Notes: generated from the letters alone by a model not told the origin. 64,000 bases of DNA from Octopus bimaculoides (GCF_001194135.2 NC_068984.1:56963708-57027707); one strand, 5' to 3'; counted from the stretch's first letter, positions 1-12,830 are shown. Made by a program: numbers and translations.

Positions 1-56
1 TATTTATAGAGTTGAGGTTATGTGTGTGTGTGTGTGAGTGTGTGTGTGTGTGTGAG

Positions 57-150
57 ATCCCTTCTTTCTGGTAATGTCTGTTACACTGAATTTTATGGGT
101 ACTTGTAATGCATGAAGTGGTTAATTTCTCTTTTGAGACATGATATGCCT
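57..150 (+). pseudogene. Candidate exon of an unidentified + strand gene, with one in-frame stop
   Basis: Ends at a strong donor CCT|gtaagt (151). Reads SLLSGNVCYTEFYGYL*CMKWLISLLRHDMP (TAA at 106-108) and joins 816 in phase 0. The acceptor is poor (gtgtgag); an alternative 13-nt exon 138-150 after tttctcttttgag avoids the stop. Confidence 0.3.
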
Positions 151-498
151 GTAAGTTCTTATAAAATTTAGGCTGGGTGCTAATTTTACAGATTTAATGT
201 TAGGGATGTAAACTTATTTCGCTAAACTGAAGTGTTTCTTTGGTTTTTTTTTGTTTTATGTTAGTGCATATTAGTATAGCGTCATTAAGTCTTAGTAGCC
301 AGTTAGAATTAAACTGCTGTAGTCATTATTATTATCATCATTATCATCATTCTTGCCATAAGCACATCTTTCTTTTTTCTTTAAAATTCTTTGAGATTTA
401 TAGCACTTGTATTTTTATTCTAAGATTAGTGCTTGAATACTACATTATAATTGCTTTCATTTTTGTTATGTTTAATGATCAAATATAATAGATTATCA

Positions 499-725
499 TT
501 AATCCTTTAGTATTTAAACTGGCCATATCAGGCAGAAATATTCTACTCCTTCTAGTCTGGCCTCTCACACCTACCCTAAAATGTCATTATAAAAATATAC
601 AATAGTGTCACTGAAATCTCAAAGCTACAAGATAATACATAATTGATTCAAATCAATGTGAATAAAAAAGCATTAAATGCGATAAAAAGGAATTAAACAG
701 GATAATCTGAATGCTAAAGGGTTAA
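499..725 (-). mobile_element. TTAA-flanked MITE (piggyBac-like ends)
   Basis: Starts ttaatcctttagtattt and ends aatgctaaagggttaa. The body matches 47454-47679 and 59391-59618 in the opposite orientation. Confidence 0.75.
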
Positions 726-815
726 AGTAAAAAAAATAAACAATCCTATTTTTTATTTTCTAAAGAAAATATATGTTTCTTAATGAATTTTTCTTATTTT
801 CTGTTTTCTCTTTAG

Positions 816-884
816 GTAAGTCCAGACATTTCACTTTGTAATAAACTTCTCAAAGATTTGTGTCCATTGATAAAACCTGATTTG
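816..884 (+). CDS. Candidate internal exon, 23 codons (VSPDISLCNKLLKDLCPLIKPDL); protein unidentified
   Basis: Long pyrimidine tract ending ctgttttctctttag, open frame, donor TTG|gtaagt at 885; phase 0-0. Confidence 0.55.
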
Positions 885-1794
885 GTAAGTTTCATTTGGT
901 TCATAAAATTCATTACACAACACAACCAATATGGTTGCCAGCTGCTCAAGGTATCAACTGAGGATTCATAAATTAATTCTAATTCTAACAAAATCATTGA
1001 CATTCTCAGAGTGATTTCATAGCTATGTACTTCTTTTTAATTTTGCTTTTGATTTTTCCTCCAAAATTTATTTCTTTCCACCTCTTTTCTGTTTCTTTCT
1101 CATATCTGTTCAACTTCACCAATAAGATCAATTTAGAGTGAGTGAGAAGATGGACTTGCATGGCTACATGCCTGACAACAGTTACATGTAAATATACTAC
1201 AGAACAGTGGTTCATAAACTAGGTAGTAGCACTCTTTTGAGGAAATGTATGATCACAAAGGAGTGGCAAATATCAAGGAGCTGCCTGGGGAAGCACTGGG
1301 TACACTGTTAATATAAATCAAAATATAATTTTGTTTTAGAAGTCTTTACCATCCTTAGTAATTTCCATGAAAATTTAGCATAGGGAGTTCAGGCAAATAT
1401 GTAAAAAACAAAAATGGATGGAATAATATAAGAAAATATGGGTTAACAAACCACTGTAAAAAGACTAGCTTCTGTTTGATTAAAATAATCTTTTTTTTTT
1501 AAACAAGCTATTAGGAAGGGCTTTTGTAAAATGCCATTTAGTGAGAGGAGGGCACTGAACTACAAAAGGTTAAGAACTACTGCCATAATATATATGAATA
1601 GATTATAATCATACAAATTTAGTCAACACTGCATATGTAATTGAGTACACTAGACAAGAAATATCTACATGAACTCTTTGCAAGCAGAAAATGTGTGTGT
1701 GTGTAGCTCAGTCTTAAGGAACTTTTCTTAGTGTGTCAGTTATGAACAGTCACATATAGAGGTGGTGAGCAGGCAGAATCATTAATTAGTACAC

Positions 1795-2010
1795 CAAACA
1801 AAATGCTGAGCAGCATTTCATCCATCTTTATGTTCTGCGTTAAAATTTTGCCAAGGTCAACTTTGCCAAGGTCAACTTTACCAAGGTCAACTTTGCCTTT
1901 CATCCGTTTGAGGTCGATAAAATAAGTACCAATTGAGTACTGGGGTTGATGCAATCAACTTACCATTTTCCCTGAAATTGCAGGCCTTGTGTCAGAATTT
2001 GAAACCAATA
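1795..2010 (+). mobile_element. SINE family 2 copy with an internal 15-bp triplication
   Basis: Shares gactttgcctttcatcc...aaaataagtacca...caggccttgtg with 20391-20597; ttgccaaggtcaact occurs about three times at 1848-1897. Confidence 0.7.
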
Positions 2011-3547
2011 ATTAACAGTCACATAGACAATATTAGTGTTTTATTTCCATTGCATACAGTACAACCTGCATCAGAGGTAGAGGCTACCTTCAGTTCCTGA
2101 TCCCAACCTTTCTCTCTAATTAATAATGAACTATGTCACCTTTGTAATCTATTTCATTTCTATGTAACAAAGTCATATAACTTCTTGTAATTATATTATG
2201 TTCAGAATAGGGGCACATTGAAAATTTATACATTGCTGCAGTTAGAGATAGTAGCATGCCTTTGGCCAATATGCTAACACTTGTTCATCAATATTTCAAG
2301 ATTATATAAAACACCTCGACATATTAGCTTAAATTGTTCTCAAGACATTGTTGTTACTAATTTTATCAACTACATAAGAGAAGCATATTGGCAGTATTGT
2401 TAGAGAGTTGGACAAAATTCCATTTGGCACTTAGTTACAGCTTTTTATATAGTCAGTTCAAATTCCACTAAGGTAAGCTTTTCAGAGTTGATGAAATAAA
2501 CTGCTTGTCAAATACTGTTATTAATTTATCAACTAAAGTAACAAACTGGCAGAAGCATTAACCTGTTGGGCAAAATGCAAAATGCTTAGTCGCATGTTGT
2601 CTGTCTTTACATTCTGAGTCAAAATATAATATAGTTTTGAAATGATTTAAAAGAGAAAAGATTTATTCTATATTTTTACATATATGCCATCATATTTTTA
2701 TATTTCCAAGAGTAGTGGGAAAACATAGAATGCTTGGTGAAACACTATATATTATATATCATATCCTCCATTCAAATCTCACTGAGATCAACTAAGCTTT
2801 TCATGCCTTTCAGGTGTGATGAAATAAACACCACTCAAGTACAAGCTTAAATTCAATCAACTTCACTCCTTCACAAATTTGTGGCCTCATGCCAAAGTTA
2901 GATAATATAATTTCCATAATTTCTTTATGTCTGTCTTACACATTTAGTTTCTTAGATGAGTAATCTTTTCTTTCTTTTTTTTTTGTTCATTAAATGATAA
3001 TTATTCACTGACTTTGTTGAGCACAAATGAAATGAGAAAGTAATTGGAAATGAAGGAAAATTGTGGATAAATGATGATAGATGTGACAAAGGAAATAACA
3101 GCTTCGTATATGTAATGATATGGAATGATGCATGCTAGAATAAAGAGTATTAATTTTCGCAGGTATGCCACACACACACACGTGTGTGTGTTTGAGCATG
3201 TGCTGTTTGGATTTCATATTCCTTGTGAATTCATATCCTGTCTCAGTTGGTCAGTTTATATGGCACAGCTCCTCAGCTCACTTAGTTGTGGTACTGGATA
3301 AGTAGATTCCAGATGATCTGGTTATATTACTTGTGATAAAGTGCAAATCCTTTGTCTTTCAACTGCTTAAAGCAATATAATCTTGAGCTAAGCTCTGACC
3401 TTATGAACCTCTTTTGTCATCTTGTAGACCATGTTTAATATAGCCTCAGTTCAAGAACTAAAATCACTTAAAGAGTATGAGTGTGCGTATATGTGTCTGC
3501 ACATGTGCATGTATGTACACACACACGATGAGGAAAGCATAAATATA

Positions 3548-3927
3548 GTGGTACTCCGTCGGTTGCGACAATGAGGGTTCCAGTTGATCCGATCAACAGA
3601 ACACCCTGCTTGTGAAATTAACGTGCAAGTGGCTGAGTACTCCACAAACACGTATACCTTTAATGTAGTTCTCAGAGAGATTCAGCGTGACACAGATTGT
3701 GACTAGGCTGGCCCTTTAAAATACAGGTACAACAGAAACAGGATGAAAGAATAAGAGAAAGTTGTGGTGAAAGAGTACAGCAGGGTTTGCCACCACCCCC
3801 TGCCGGAGCCTCATGGAACTTTAGTTGTTTTCACTCAATAAACATTCACAACGCCCGGTCTGGGAATCGAAACCACGATATCCTACGACTGCAAGTTCGC
3901 TGCCCTAACTACTGGGCCATTGTGCCT
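3548..3927 (-). mobile_element. SINE family 3 (tRNA-like head)
   Basis: Diverged reverse-complement copy of 24740-25112; on - the head reads tggcccagtagttagggcagc...gtttcgattccc (A/B-box-like). Confidence 0.8.
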
Positions 3928-5645
3928 TTACATAGTAATAATTATGGTAGATGCTTTAAGTAATATAATAGTTCTCTCCTGTTGCATGATATATTCTATT
4001 GCAGATGGCCATGAGTGTAAAACTTAATTATTTAATCTAATTTAGATGATTGATGATCACCTAGCAAAATAAATGAAATTAACTTAATTTTAAATAAGGC
4101 ATTGACTTTCATAGTCAAGCTATTTATTAATTTAGTTGCCTAAGTGCGAATATTATTTCATTTTGACTTTTTCTTGACCATTCTTAACCCTAGATTCCAT
4201 CAACCAATTGCTATAAGCATCTGCTCACCTAGCTCTCTTTCCTGCTGTTTCTAAATCATTACCATCTTTCCTACATTTGCAGTCTTCAGTTTTGATTCCA
4301 CAGACCATCTGATTCCATGCTGTTTTTTAGCCTCATAGGGATTTAATTTACTTTGGAGTCATGCAGTTATGAAGTAACTTTTAACTGACATATGCTGACC
4401 TGCCTGCTCATCCATCCATCTACCTATTTAAACACACATGTATGCACTTACACATGCATTCATAACACTTTATCTGTATAGATATACACATACAAGAGAA
4501 AAGTAATTATATATTCACATTTATGCATATGCATTAATTTTATAAATTGATGTGTGTGTGTATGTGTGCATAAAATAAATCATAATTTTTTAATGTTCTC
4601 TTCTAAATCATATATCATAGATCATAATTTTCTTACACTATAAACATTACTGAGATTATTCTTATTTTCTTCAAATAAAGTTCCTTTCTATGAGAATCAA
4701 AAAAAAAGGAAAAATTCTAAAAATTGGTTACATATTAAAGCTTATATACCTATCTACAACAATTTACAACTGCTTTAGCTGCTAAAACAAGCAAATTAAT
4801 AAAATTATCAAAGCAAAGTAATGTTAGGTTTTATACTTGACTAGGAAGGAAAAAGAACAAACATTATTTAAGTAATGGATGAATTTTTTTATGTTCACAC
4901 TAATTGCACCAATATTTTTTTCTATTGAACTTTTGAAAAAATTAATTGAACTTTTTTGAAATATTTTGTGATGTTCATGTGAGAAATTAAATAATATTTT
5001 ATTGAAGTTAGTTTTTTAAGAAAAAAAAATTATGATATTCATGTTAATGATCGAGTATCACTGGTAATTTCTGTTTTAAAAAATATCTGTTTGACCTTTT
5101 AAAATCTTAGAATTTTGCTTAAAAATGTCAAACTGATATTAAAAAAAAAAAATTTTTACGTAATATATCTTCACAGGTTTGTGTGTGTGTATTAATGTTT
5201 TATTAAGCATATAGTATTAAAACTTGAAGTAAGTTATTTTTACTATAAGACATGCAAAATTTATTAATGATCACAATATTAAAACTTTTTGTTCTTTATT
5301 TAAACTTCTTATTTATTAACAAAATAAATTAAACAAAAATGGAAAATTAAAAGCTAGGAAAAGTAAGATTGTTTGATAAGTTTTTAAATTTTTTTTATAC
5401 TATCTCTTAGAGTAAATCAAACTGAAATGAGCTTTAGGATTTTGTTTTATTGTTGACTCTTTATTTTTAACACTAATGTAAATTTTAGTGAACAACTGAA
5501 TACTTATTTTGCATTTTTTCTATGATATTTTTTTTTGTCTGTATTGGTGGGAGTTGTGGAATTTTTTAGTTATCATATTTCTTATAGCATTTCTTTTATT
5601 TAGATATATATAATGTCAAATTTATTTATGTCAATTCAAACTTAC

Positions 5646-5865
5646 CACAACTGCCAAATGTGGAATTTGGTACATTTATTTTCCTCTCCAAGTGTCACAT
5701 TGCATAAAAGCTTGAAATGTCAGATATAACTGAAGTTCAACTTAACTTTTGAGTATTGTTCAAATGTTTAGAATTGGAAAATACTACACAAGGTAGTTTC
5801 TTTATTGAGTTTCTTGTCTTCTTTGAAACTTTCTTGCAAAGTATTATGAAACTACTGAATTTCAG
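5646..5865 (-). pseudogene. Possible decayed - strand exon
   Basis: Acceptor gccttatag| and strong donor TG|gtaagt. Reads EIQ*FHNTLQESFKEDKKLNKETTLCSIFQF*TFEQYSKVKLNFSYI*HFKLLCNVTLGEENKCTKFHIWQL (three stops). Confidence 0.2.
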
Positions 5866-6029
5866 CTATAAGGCAATCATGCAGTGATGATGCCAACTTG
5901 ATTTTTATGCTTATCTTAATCAGTTTCATATTTTTAAATTGTTCATTTGTATCCAATCACAAATTTCAAGTGAAAGTTGTTTCAAATGCATTTAGAAATG
6001 TCAAACAGACTTACATTCATCTTTTCTTC

Positions 6030-6194
6030 AATCATCATCAACATCATGATTTAATGTCCATTTTCCTAGCTAGCAAGGGTTAGGCAGCTTGATAAGAACT
6101 GGCAAGGTTGGCGAGCCTCACCAGGTTGCATAGCTTGGTTTCTGCAGCTGGATGTCCTTCTTAACGCTAACCACTTTACATGGCACCATCACCC

Positions 6195-6200
<6 letters not shown>
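6030..6200 (+). repeat. Dispersed repeat beginning with (CAT)n
   Basis: catcatcaacatcatgatttaatgtccattttcc...ggatgtccttcttaacgctaaccactttaca; related to 15105-15460 and 11440-11560. Confidence 0.6.
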
Positions 6201-6230
<30 letters not shown>

Positions 6231-6240
6231 NNNNNNNNNN

Positions 6241-6273
<33 letters not shown>
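6199..6273. repeat. (TA)n microsatellite spanning a 10-N gap (6231-6240)
   Basis: Read directly from the sequence. Confidence 0.95.
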
Positions 6274-6276
<3 letters not shown>

Positions 6277-7029
6277 CAAACCACAGTCTCTGATATTTAC
6301 TCTTGATCTTTTGTCTGAGAAGAGGATATATATATGCATAAGTTTAGGACTAACCAATGTATCTTCTTTATTGTAAAATATGTGGCTTAACTCTTAATGA
6401 TTAGGTACCACTGTGTGGCACATTTTATCAATTCATTATTTTAGAGGAAAGAGAAACAAGTAACTATGATTTGACTTTCTATTATTGAAAAAGCATGGAT
6501 TTTTCATTTTGTTTATGAAAATATTCATAATTAGCCACATAAATAAGGGTATTTCAGAGTCTCAAAAACCTATAAGTCTTACGAAGTCTAACCCACCTCC
6601 TCCCAAAGTGATATTTTTATTGGACCATTTAAAGAGTTATATTTAAGAATATCAGTGATACTAATATTCATTTAGTCACAATCCAGCTGCTTCTTCAGGC
6701 ATAGAATATTGCTTTTTAACAAGACTGCCAGGTTCATTTCTGTTTAGAATGCAGATTGTTTCTCACCAGGAGCAGAGTCTAGTTCACAGATATAATTAGC
6801 AATGTGTCTCTAGTTCTCTGTTTATTTATCCTTCTGACATGTGCATCGAAGATAATTAGCTGTTACTGTCTTTTGTTATTGTATTTGCATGTCTCAATTT
6901 CCTAGAAATACTGTGAAGTTGTTTAGTTAATTTTATCTGTATTTCATGGAAACACTACTGGATTGATTAGTTGGTTGAGTACTAAGTACAAATTTACATT
7001 ATAATTTTAACTGCCTACATAAAAATTAT

Positions 7030-7090
7030 ATATATGTCTATATATGTATGTGTGTGTGTATATATGTATGTATTTATATATGTGTGTATG

Positions 7091-7170
<80 letters not shown>

Positions 7171-7185
7171 TGCGTGTGTGTATGC
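7030..7185. repeat. Compound (TA)n/(TG)n microsatellite
   Basis: Read directly; it generates the YIYI ORFs in the track. Confidence 0.95.
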
Positions 7186-7822
7186 ATCTATACATATAAA
7201 TTTGACATGGTAGATTCTTTCTTGTCTTGGGATTCATGGTCAAACGGCTGGGTGGAATGGCATGGAAAAATGACACAAATGTGTAGAATGATCCAGTGTC
7301 TGTGCTGGGCTTTGTATTTTTTCATAGCTGTCATGGTTACCGAGATAATCAACTATAATAATACTCTTGTGTTTATGAATGAGAAAGGAAGGGGTAATAG
7401 ATGAATAAGGAAAGAAGGGGTGATGTCATACTTGGTAGTGAGCTGGTGAAAATTGTACGCTGAAAAAATAAATCAAACAGCATTTCAACGCTGTGTGAAT
7501 ATATGTGCATGTATGTAAAAGGGAGGGTATGTGAATGTGTGTGTGTTTGTGTGTGTGCGTGTGCATGCACAATGGAAGTGGGATGGTTCATCTTTGTTTG
7601 CTTAGTATTTGGGTTTATTTTTTGATTTGGTTGAATCTTGGTTGGTTTTTTTTTTTTGTTGGTCAGTTATTTTTAGAGTTTTGACAGATAAAAATCATTC
7701 TAAAATTGTTTTTTAACAGAAGCATGCCCAAACAAGTTGAATGCTTACACACAGCAGGTTTTACAGCCACATCATCCAAACTGACCGGGTGAAACCGGGC
7801 TTAGCTGCTAGTATATATATAT

Positions 7823-7965
7823 NNNNNNNNNNNNNNNNNNNNNNNNNNNNNNNNNNNNNNNNNNNNNNNNNNNNNNNNNNNNNNNNNNNNNNNNNNNNNN
7901 NNNNNNNNNNNNNNNNNNNNNNNNNNNNNNNNNNNNNNNNNNNNNNNNNNNNNNNNNNNNNNNNN
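7823..7965. other. Assembly gap
   Basis: N run flanked by microsatellites. Confidence 0.99.
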
Positions 7966-8439
7966 GTGTGTGTGTATCCATATGCATATACCTTTCCTTC
8001 ACCTCCTTAAATTTCTCTATCATTTGCACTCTGTATAAGTTTGCCCTATTTGTATAAATATTTATATATTTATACATATAAATTCATCAGTCATCATCTG
8101 AAAATTTCCACCATTTGTATTTGATATACTTAATATATTTAATATATTCGATGTGTCTAATTTGCTTATCTCGGTAATTGCTTCTATACATGTGTGTGTT
8201 GTTATACAGACACACATACATTAAATGTGAAAGTGGAACATATATTTTATTCAATTGATACAATTCAGTACAGTCTAAATTATAAAATTAAATATTCATC
8301 CCTTGTGCACCCACCTATATTAAATAATGCATTACATCAACAAACATGGATTCAGTACATGTAAAAAGTACGATGAAAATAAGTTTTCTACTTATTTTTC
8401 ATGTTGTCTAATACTCTTCCCACTTCTGAAATATTATAG

Positions 8440-8577
8440 TCAGAATGAGTTGGAACAGTTACAGTACAGATACAGATCAGCACCAATGTTTCTCAGCTAA
8501 TCACAGATGAAATTAAATTTAAAACAGAAATTTTGCAAGATTCTTTAGAAGTATTCTGCATAATTCAATTTTCACCT
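8440..8577 (+). pseudogene. Candidate exon, 46 codons, one in-frame TGA
   Basis: Acceptor cttcccacttctgaaatattatag| and donor CCT|gtaagc; phase 0-0. Reads SE*VGTVTVQIQISTNVSQLITDEIKFKTEILQDSLEVFCIIQFSP (TGA 8446-8448). A downstream acceptor at 8497 would skip the stop. Confidence 0.3.
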
Positions 8578-9059
8578 GTAAGCTGTAGTGGATTTAAGTG
8601 ATATATGCTACCGGTAGAGTCTTTTTATTGTTAAATAATGCAAGTGGTTGTCATAAAGGATAAAGCTTAGTTATTTGCAGACTAACTCCGGTAACTGAAT
8701 TTATCCATTCTTCTTTCTAAGTATCTTCTTTGATGAATGTATTGATATGGTCTATAAGTAATATTAACAAAGTTAATGCAAAAAGAAAATAGTAAAAATA
8801 ATAATGAATAAAAAGTATTTATGTTGCTTGAATTGAAATCAATGATTGCTATTGTTATCAGTATATTGATAGATAATGGTGATGATTTTCATGGTGGATT
8901 ATTTTTAAGTCTATTGTGTTCTTACATTAAAATAAGCATACTATAGAAATCAGATTTTCAATTTTCTGGGCTATAGTGTTGTAAAGGTAGCTTTATGTAA
9001 ATAATTTCATAAGTTACTAATTCTGTTTTGCTTTAGCTATTTATTCTTGTTTGTTATAG

Positions 9060-9135
9060 GATCTCAGTGTGTTATTCTCTGGACTTCCTGAGTCAAGCCC
9101 CTTATTGATATTACATATTGATCTTGCAAAAATCT
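9060..9135 (+). CDS. Candidate internal exon (DLSVLFSGLPESSPLLILHIDLAKI + 1 nt); protein unidentified
   Basis: Acceptor ttattcttgtttgttatag|, open frame, donor ATCT|gtgaga at 9136; phase 0-1, compatible with 884 or 8577. Confidence 0.55.
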
Positions 9136-9896
9136 GTGAGATAAGGAAACATATGATGAAAACCTATGCTAAAACAATATCTCAAAATGGCTAAAACTTT
9201 CAGTAAATTGTACCCATTCAGAAGTTGTAACTATTTAATGCCTTACCTGGGATTGAACTCAGAACATCTTTATCTACTATACTATGCCTGTGGGTTAATT
9301 TCTACTATAGACATAATATCTTTATCTACTACACTATGTCTGTAGGTTAATTTCTACAGTGGACATAGCATAGTAGATAAAGGTGTTGGTTAATACAGTG
9401 CAGTCACCTAGATATTCTGAGTTCAATCCCAGGCAAGGTACTAAGATAATTCATAAAAATCAACTGAAGCAAAACATATCGTGAAACACAGAGAGCAGAA
9501 TAAGAACAGTACACCCACATGAATCAAGCAGAAAGTTAGGATCGAAATTCCAGCCCAAGAGACCTGAAGAAGGCTGGAGCAGACAGCAGCTGAAACATAG
9601 TGAAAGCAACAATCAAGATGAGGACACCGGTCCAACTAACATAAACAATACACATAATATAAATTCTTCATCTCAGAAATATAGAATTGTGTTACTTATA
9701 AGTTAGGAAAATAAATTTTATATCAGTATTATCTCTTCTGCTTCTGTGGAAAATATTTTTTGTTCTTAACACAATGTTAGAAGTCATTATACAATATGTT
9801 TAGTAATATAGTCACCTTCCTTATTAATAAATATAAAATGCAGAGTTCAAAAATGGCCTACATTATACTTTATTAGTTTCAAGACATAATGGTATA

Positions 9897-10075
9897 ACTC
9901 TTTTACTCTTTTACTTCAGTCATTTGACTGTGGCCATGCTGGAGCACCGCCTTTAGTCGAGCAAATTGACCCCAGGACTTATTCTTTGTAAGCCTAGTAC
10001 TTATTCTATTGGTCTCTTTTACAAGTTACGGGGACGTAAACACACCAACATCGGTTGTCAAGCGATGTTGGGGGA

Positions 10076-10136
<61 letters not shown>

Positions 10137-10290
10137 GGTGGGCTTCTTTCAGTTTCCGTCTACCAAATCCACTCACAAGGCTTTGGTCGCCCTGAGGCTT
10201 TTAGTAGAAGACACTTGCCCAAGGTGTCACGCAGTGGGACTGAACCCAGAACCATGTGGTTGGTAAGAAAGCTACTTACCACACAGCCAC
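9897..10290 (-). mobile_element. SINE family 1 (tRNA-like head, internal (CA/TG)n, (AGTAAAAG)n tail)
   Basis: Near-identical to 23360-23757 and the reverse complement of 30326-30684; on - the head reads ggctgtgtggtaag...ggttctgggttcagtccc. Confidence 0.85.
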
Positions 10291-10583
10291 GCTCTCTATG
10301 TTTCACGATATGTATAAATTGAAAAAGAATTTAATTTTAATTTCCTTTTAAAGAAAGGGGAAAAAAAACAAAACAAATTGATTAAAGTTCTTTTAACCTT
10401 AGACCTATCACAGTTCTGCAACCTGATTTGGTTAATATTCTGATTTTTATCAAGATAAATGTAGATAAAAACTTGTTTTACTTGGAAAGTACCTGTCTTC
10501 CTGCATATGGTACCTATTACCTTCACTACTATAACCAAATGGAACAGGTACAAAATATTTCCAGATGGCGTATGCACATGTAC

Positions 10584-10599
10584 AACACACACACACACA

Positions 10600-10636
<37 letters not shown>

Positions 10637-10657
10637 CATTTCTCTCTCTCTCCCTCC

Positions 10658-10704
<47 letters not shown>
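10584..10704. repeat. Compound microsatellite (CA)n(CTGT)n(CT)n(TATC)n
   Basis: Read directly from the sequence. Confidence 0.95.
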
Positions 10705-12669
10705 ACATTCTCTCATTCTCACACAAATTACTGAACTCTTCTTTTGAAACATTAAGTATCTCAATTGACTGACAAGATTTTATGAAATAAATAGCTAACT
10801 GCTTTTTACTTCCTTCCTGTTTCTGTAGTTAAGACCATATGAATCAGATGAGATATTTTTAATCATATGATTTTCATTCTTTTGCATAATCAGGGGCTAC
10901 TTTATCCCATTTCACTTAATCTGTAATAAATGTTGTCAAGCTTTATCAGAAAAAGATCACTTTGCAGATTTACTGATTTTTGTGTTCGTATGTGGCAGTA
11001 TGTGAGTGTGTGTGAATGCATGTGTGAGTGTGTATGCATGTGTGTGTGGCTGTACACCTTTGGTTAGTACATCATAGCTTAATGAGTATTGAACAAACGA
11101 GAATAGTAGGAAGTAGAATGAAAAATTATCCCTCTTTTATAGATGATAAAGTATACTGTAAACGTGTTACACTGGCAGAACTACTAAATAAGTAATGTTT
11201 AACACATGATAATTATACATGCATAGATATATATATGTATATATGTGTGTGTGTGTGTGTATAATATATATATACACGTGTGTGTGTGTGTGCACTTACA
11301 CGCACATATATATATATTCAGTTTGTGAAGAGTTTTTGTACTCTAATAAGATCATATTACTCTACCTTTGGTATTTGAGTACTATTTCTTTCCACCTTGT
11401 TTCACATTTATGTGCTTACTTGTGTGTGTGTATACATATCAGCATCATCATCATTATCATCATCATTTTTATGCCTGGTGTTTCTAATCTAGCATTTGTT
11501 GAGCAAGATTTAATGAGGCAATACAATACAACCAGATGCCCTTCTTGTTACCAATCTGTAGTTGTTTTGAAAGCCAGGTGTTTTTATTACACTAATCTTT
11601 CTTTACTGCTGAGCCATATGGATATATTGTTCATGAGAAATGTAAGCAATTGCACAGATTTTCAAAAGATGTTAATGTGAAGACATGCTGAAACAGTATG
11701 CATGCACTCACATGCAGGTGTACACATATATGACAGGCTTCCATAGAGTTTCCATCCATCAACTATCATTGGTTGGCTTAAAGCTATAGTAGAAGACCCT
11801 TGTCAAGGTGCCATGCAATGGGATAAAATCTGAAATCACATGATTGCAAAGTGAACTTGAAAACCACATGACCTGTTTGTGTGTGTATGTGTGTGTGTGT
11901 ATGCGTTTGTGTAAAAAATAGAACTTTAGTAAAATAGTGGTGGTTTGGGATTGTAAAAATTATACAGTGATAGGGAAAGAGAAATATATACAATAGCTAA
12001 TCTTGTTGCAAACCAACTTATTTGTTTTGAATATATGAGTTCATAAATCAAATAACATAACATCTTAATAAATTCATTAATTTAACTTATTTAATTGGGA
12101 GCTGGATTGACAACTTCATTAGAACAAAATGATTTATAGTATTAAGCTATAACTACTCACATTCATTTTTCTGGTTAGAGTTGATTTAATTTATTTTCCT
12201 CTCTCCTGAAACTTGTGGTCATATGCCTATGTTAGACTCTAGTAGTTTAACTTATTTAATCATTCAGTTATGCATTTTTTATTATTAATTTTGTATGAAC
12301 TTTGTGTCAGTCAGAGATCACACCCATAGATTCTGTGTACATGTACCTACTCATATACATACATACATACATACATACATACATACATACATACATACGT
12401 GTGTGTGTGTGTGGATATATATACCATTCATCCATTTTTCTATGCTTGCATGGGCCAAATGAAATTTGTCGAGGCAAACTTTTTTCTATGGCTGGATGCT
12501 CTTCTTGTTGCCAACCCTCATCTGCTTCCGAGCAAGGTAATGTTTCCCCATGACCAGACATATTTTTCATGGAAGACTGGAAATGAACAACATAGATTGT
12601 ATGATGGTGATACTTATTTATAATCATCACATAATGTTGAGACAAGGGTATGCACATGCACACAATCAC

Positions 12670-12830
12670 AATGGTTCAGTGGGCTTCTTCCAGTTTATGT
12701 CTACCAAATCCACTTACTGGGCTTTAGTTGACCTAGGGATATAACAGAAGACACTTGCTCAAAGTGCCAAGCAGTGGGACTGAATCGGAAACATCATGGT
12801 TGGGAAGCAGTCTTCTTAATTACACAGCCA
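12670..12830 (-). mobile_element. SINE family 1, head-end fragment
   Basis: gggcttcttccagttt...gaagacacttgctcaaagtgcc...tacacagcca matches the family 1 head region. Confidence 0.7.

Noticed and set aside
1736-1954. ORF with a KVDLG x3 repeat
   Set aside because: A 15-bp triplication inside a SINE read antisense.
7007-7404. Long ORFs rich in YI/HT/CV/LS dipeptides (also 7741-8077, 9966-10772, 11219-11680, 12302-12669, 21296-21736)
   Set aside because: Translations of microsatellites, SINEs or N-gaps.
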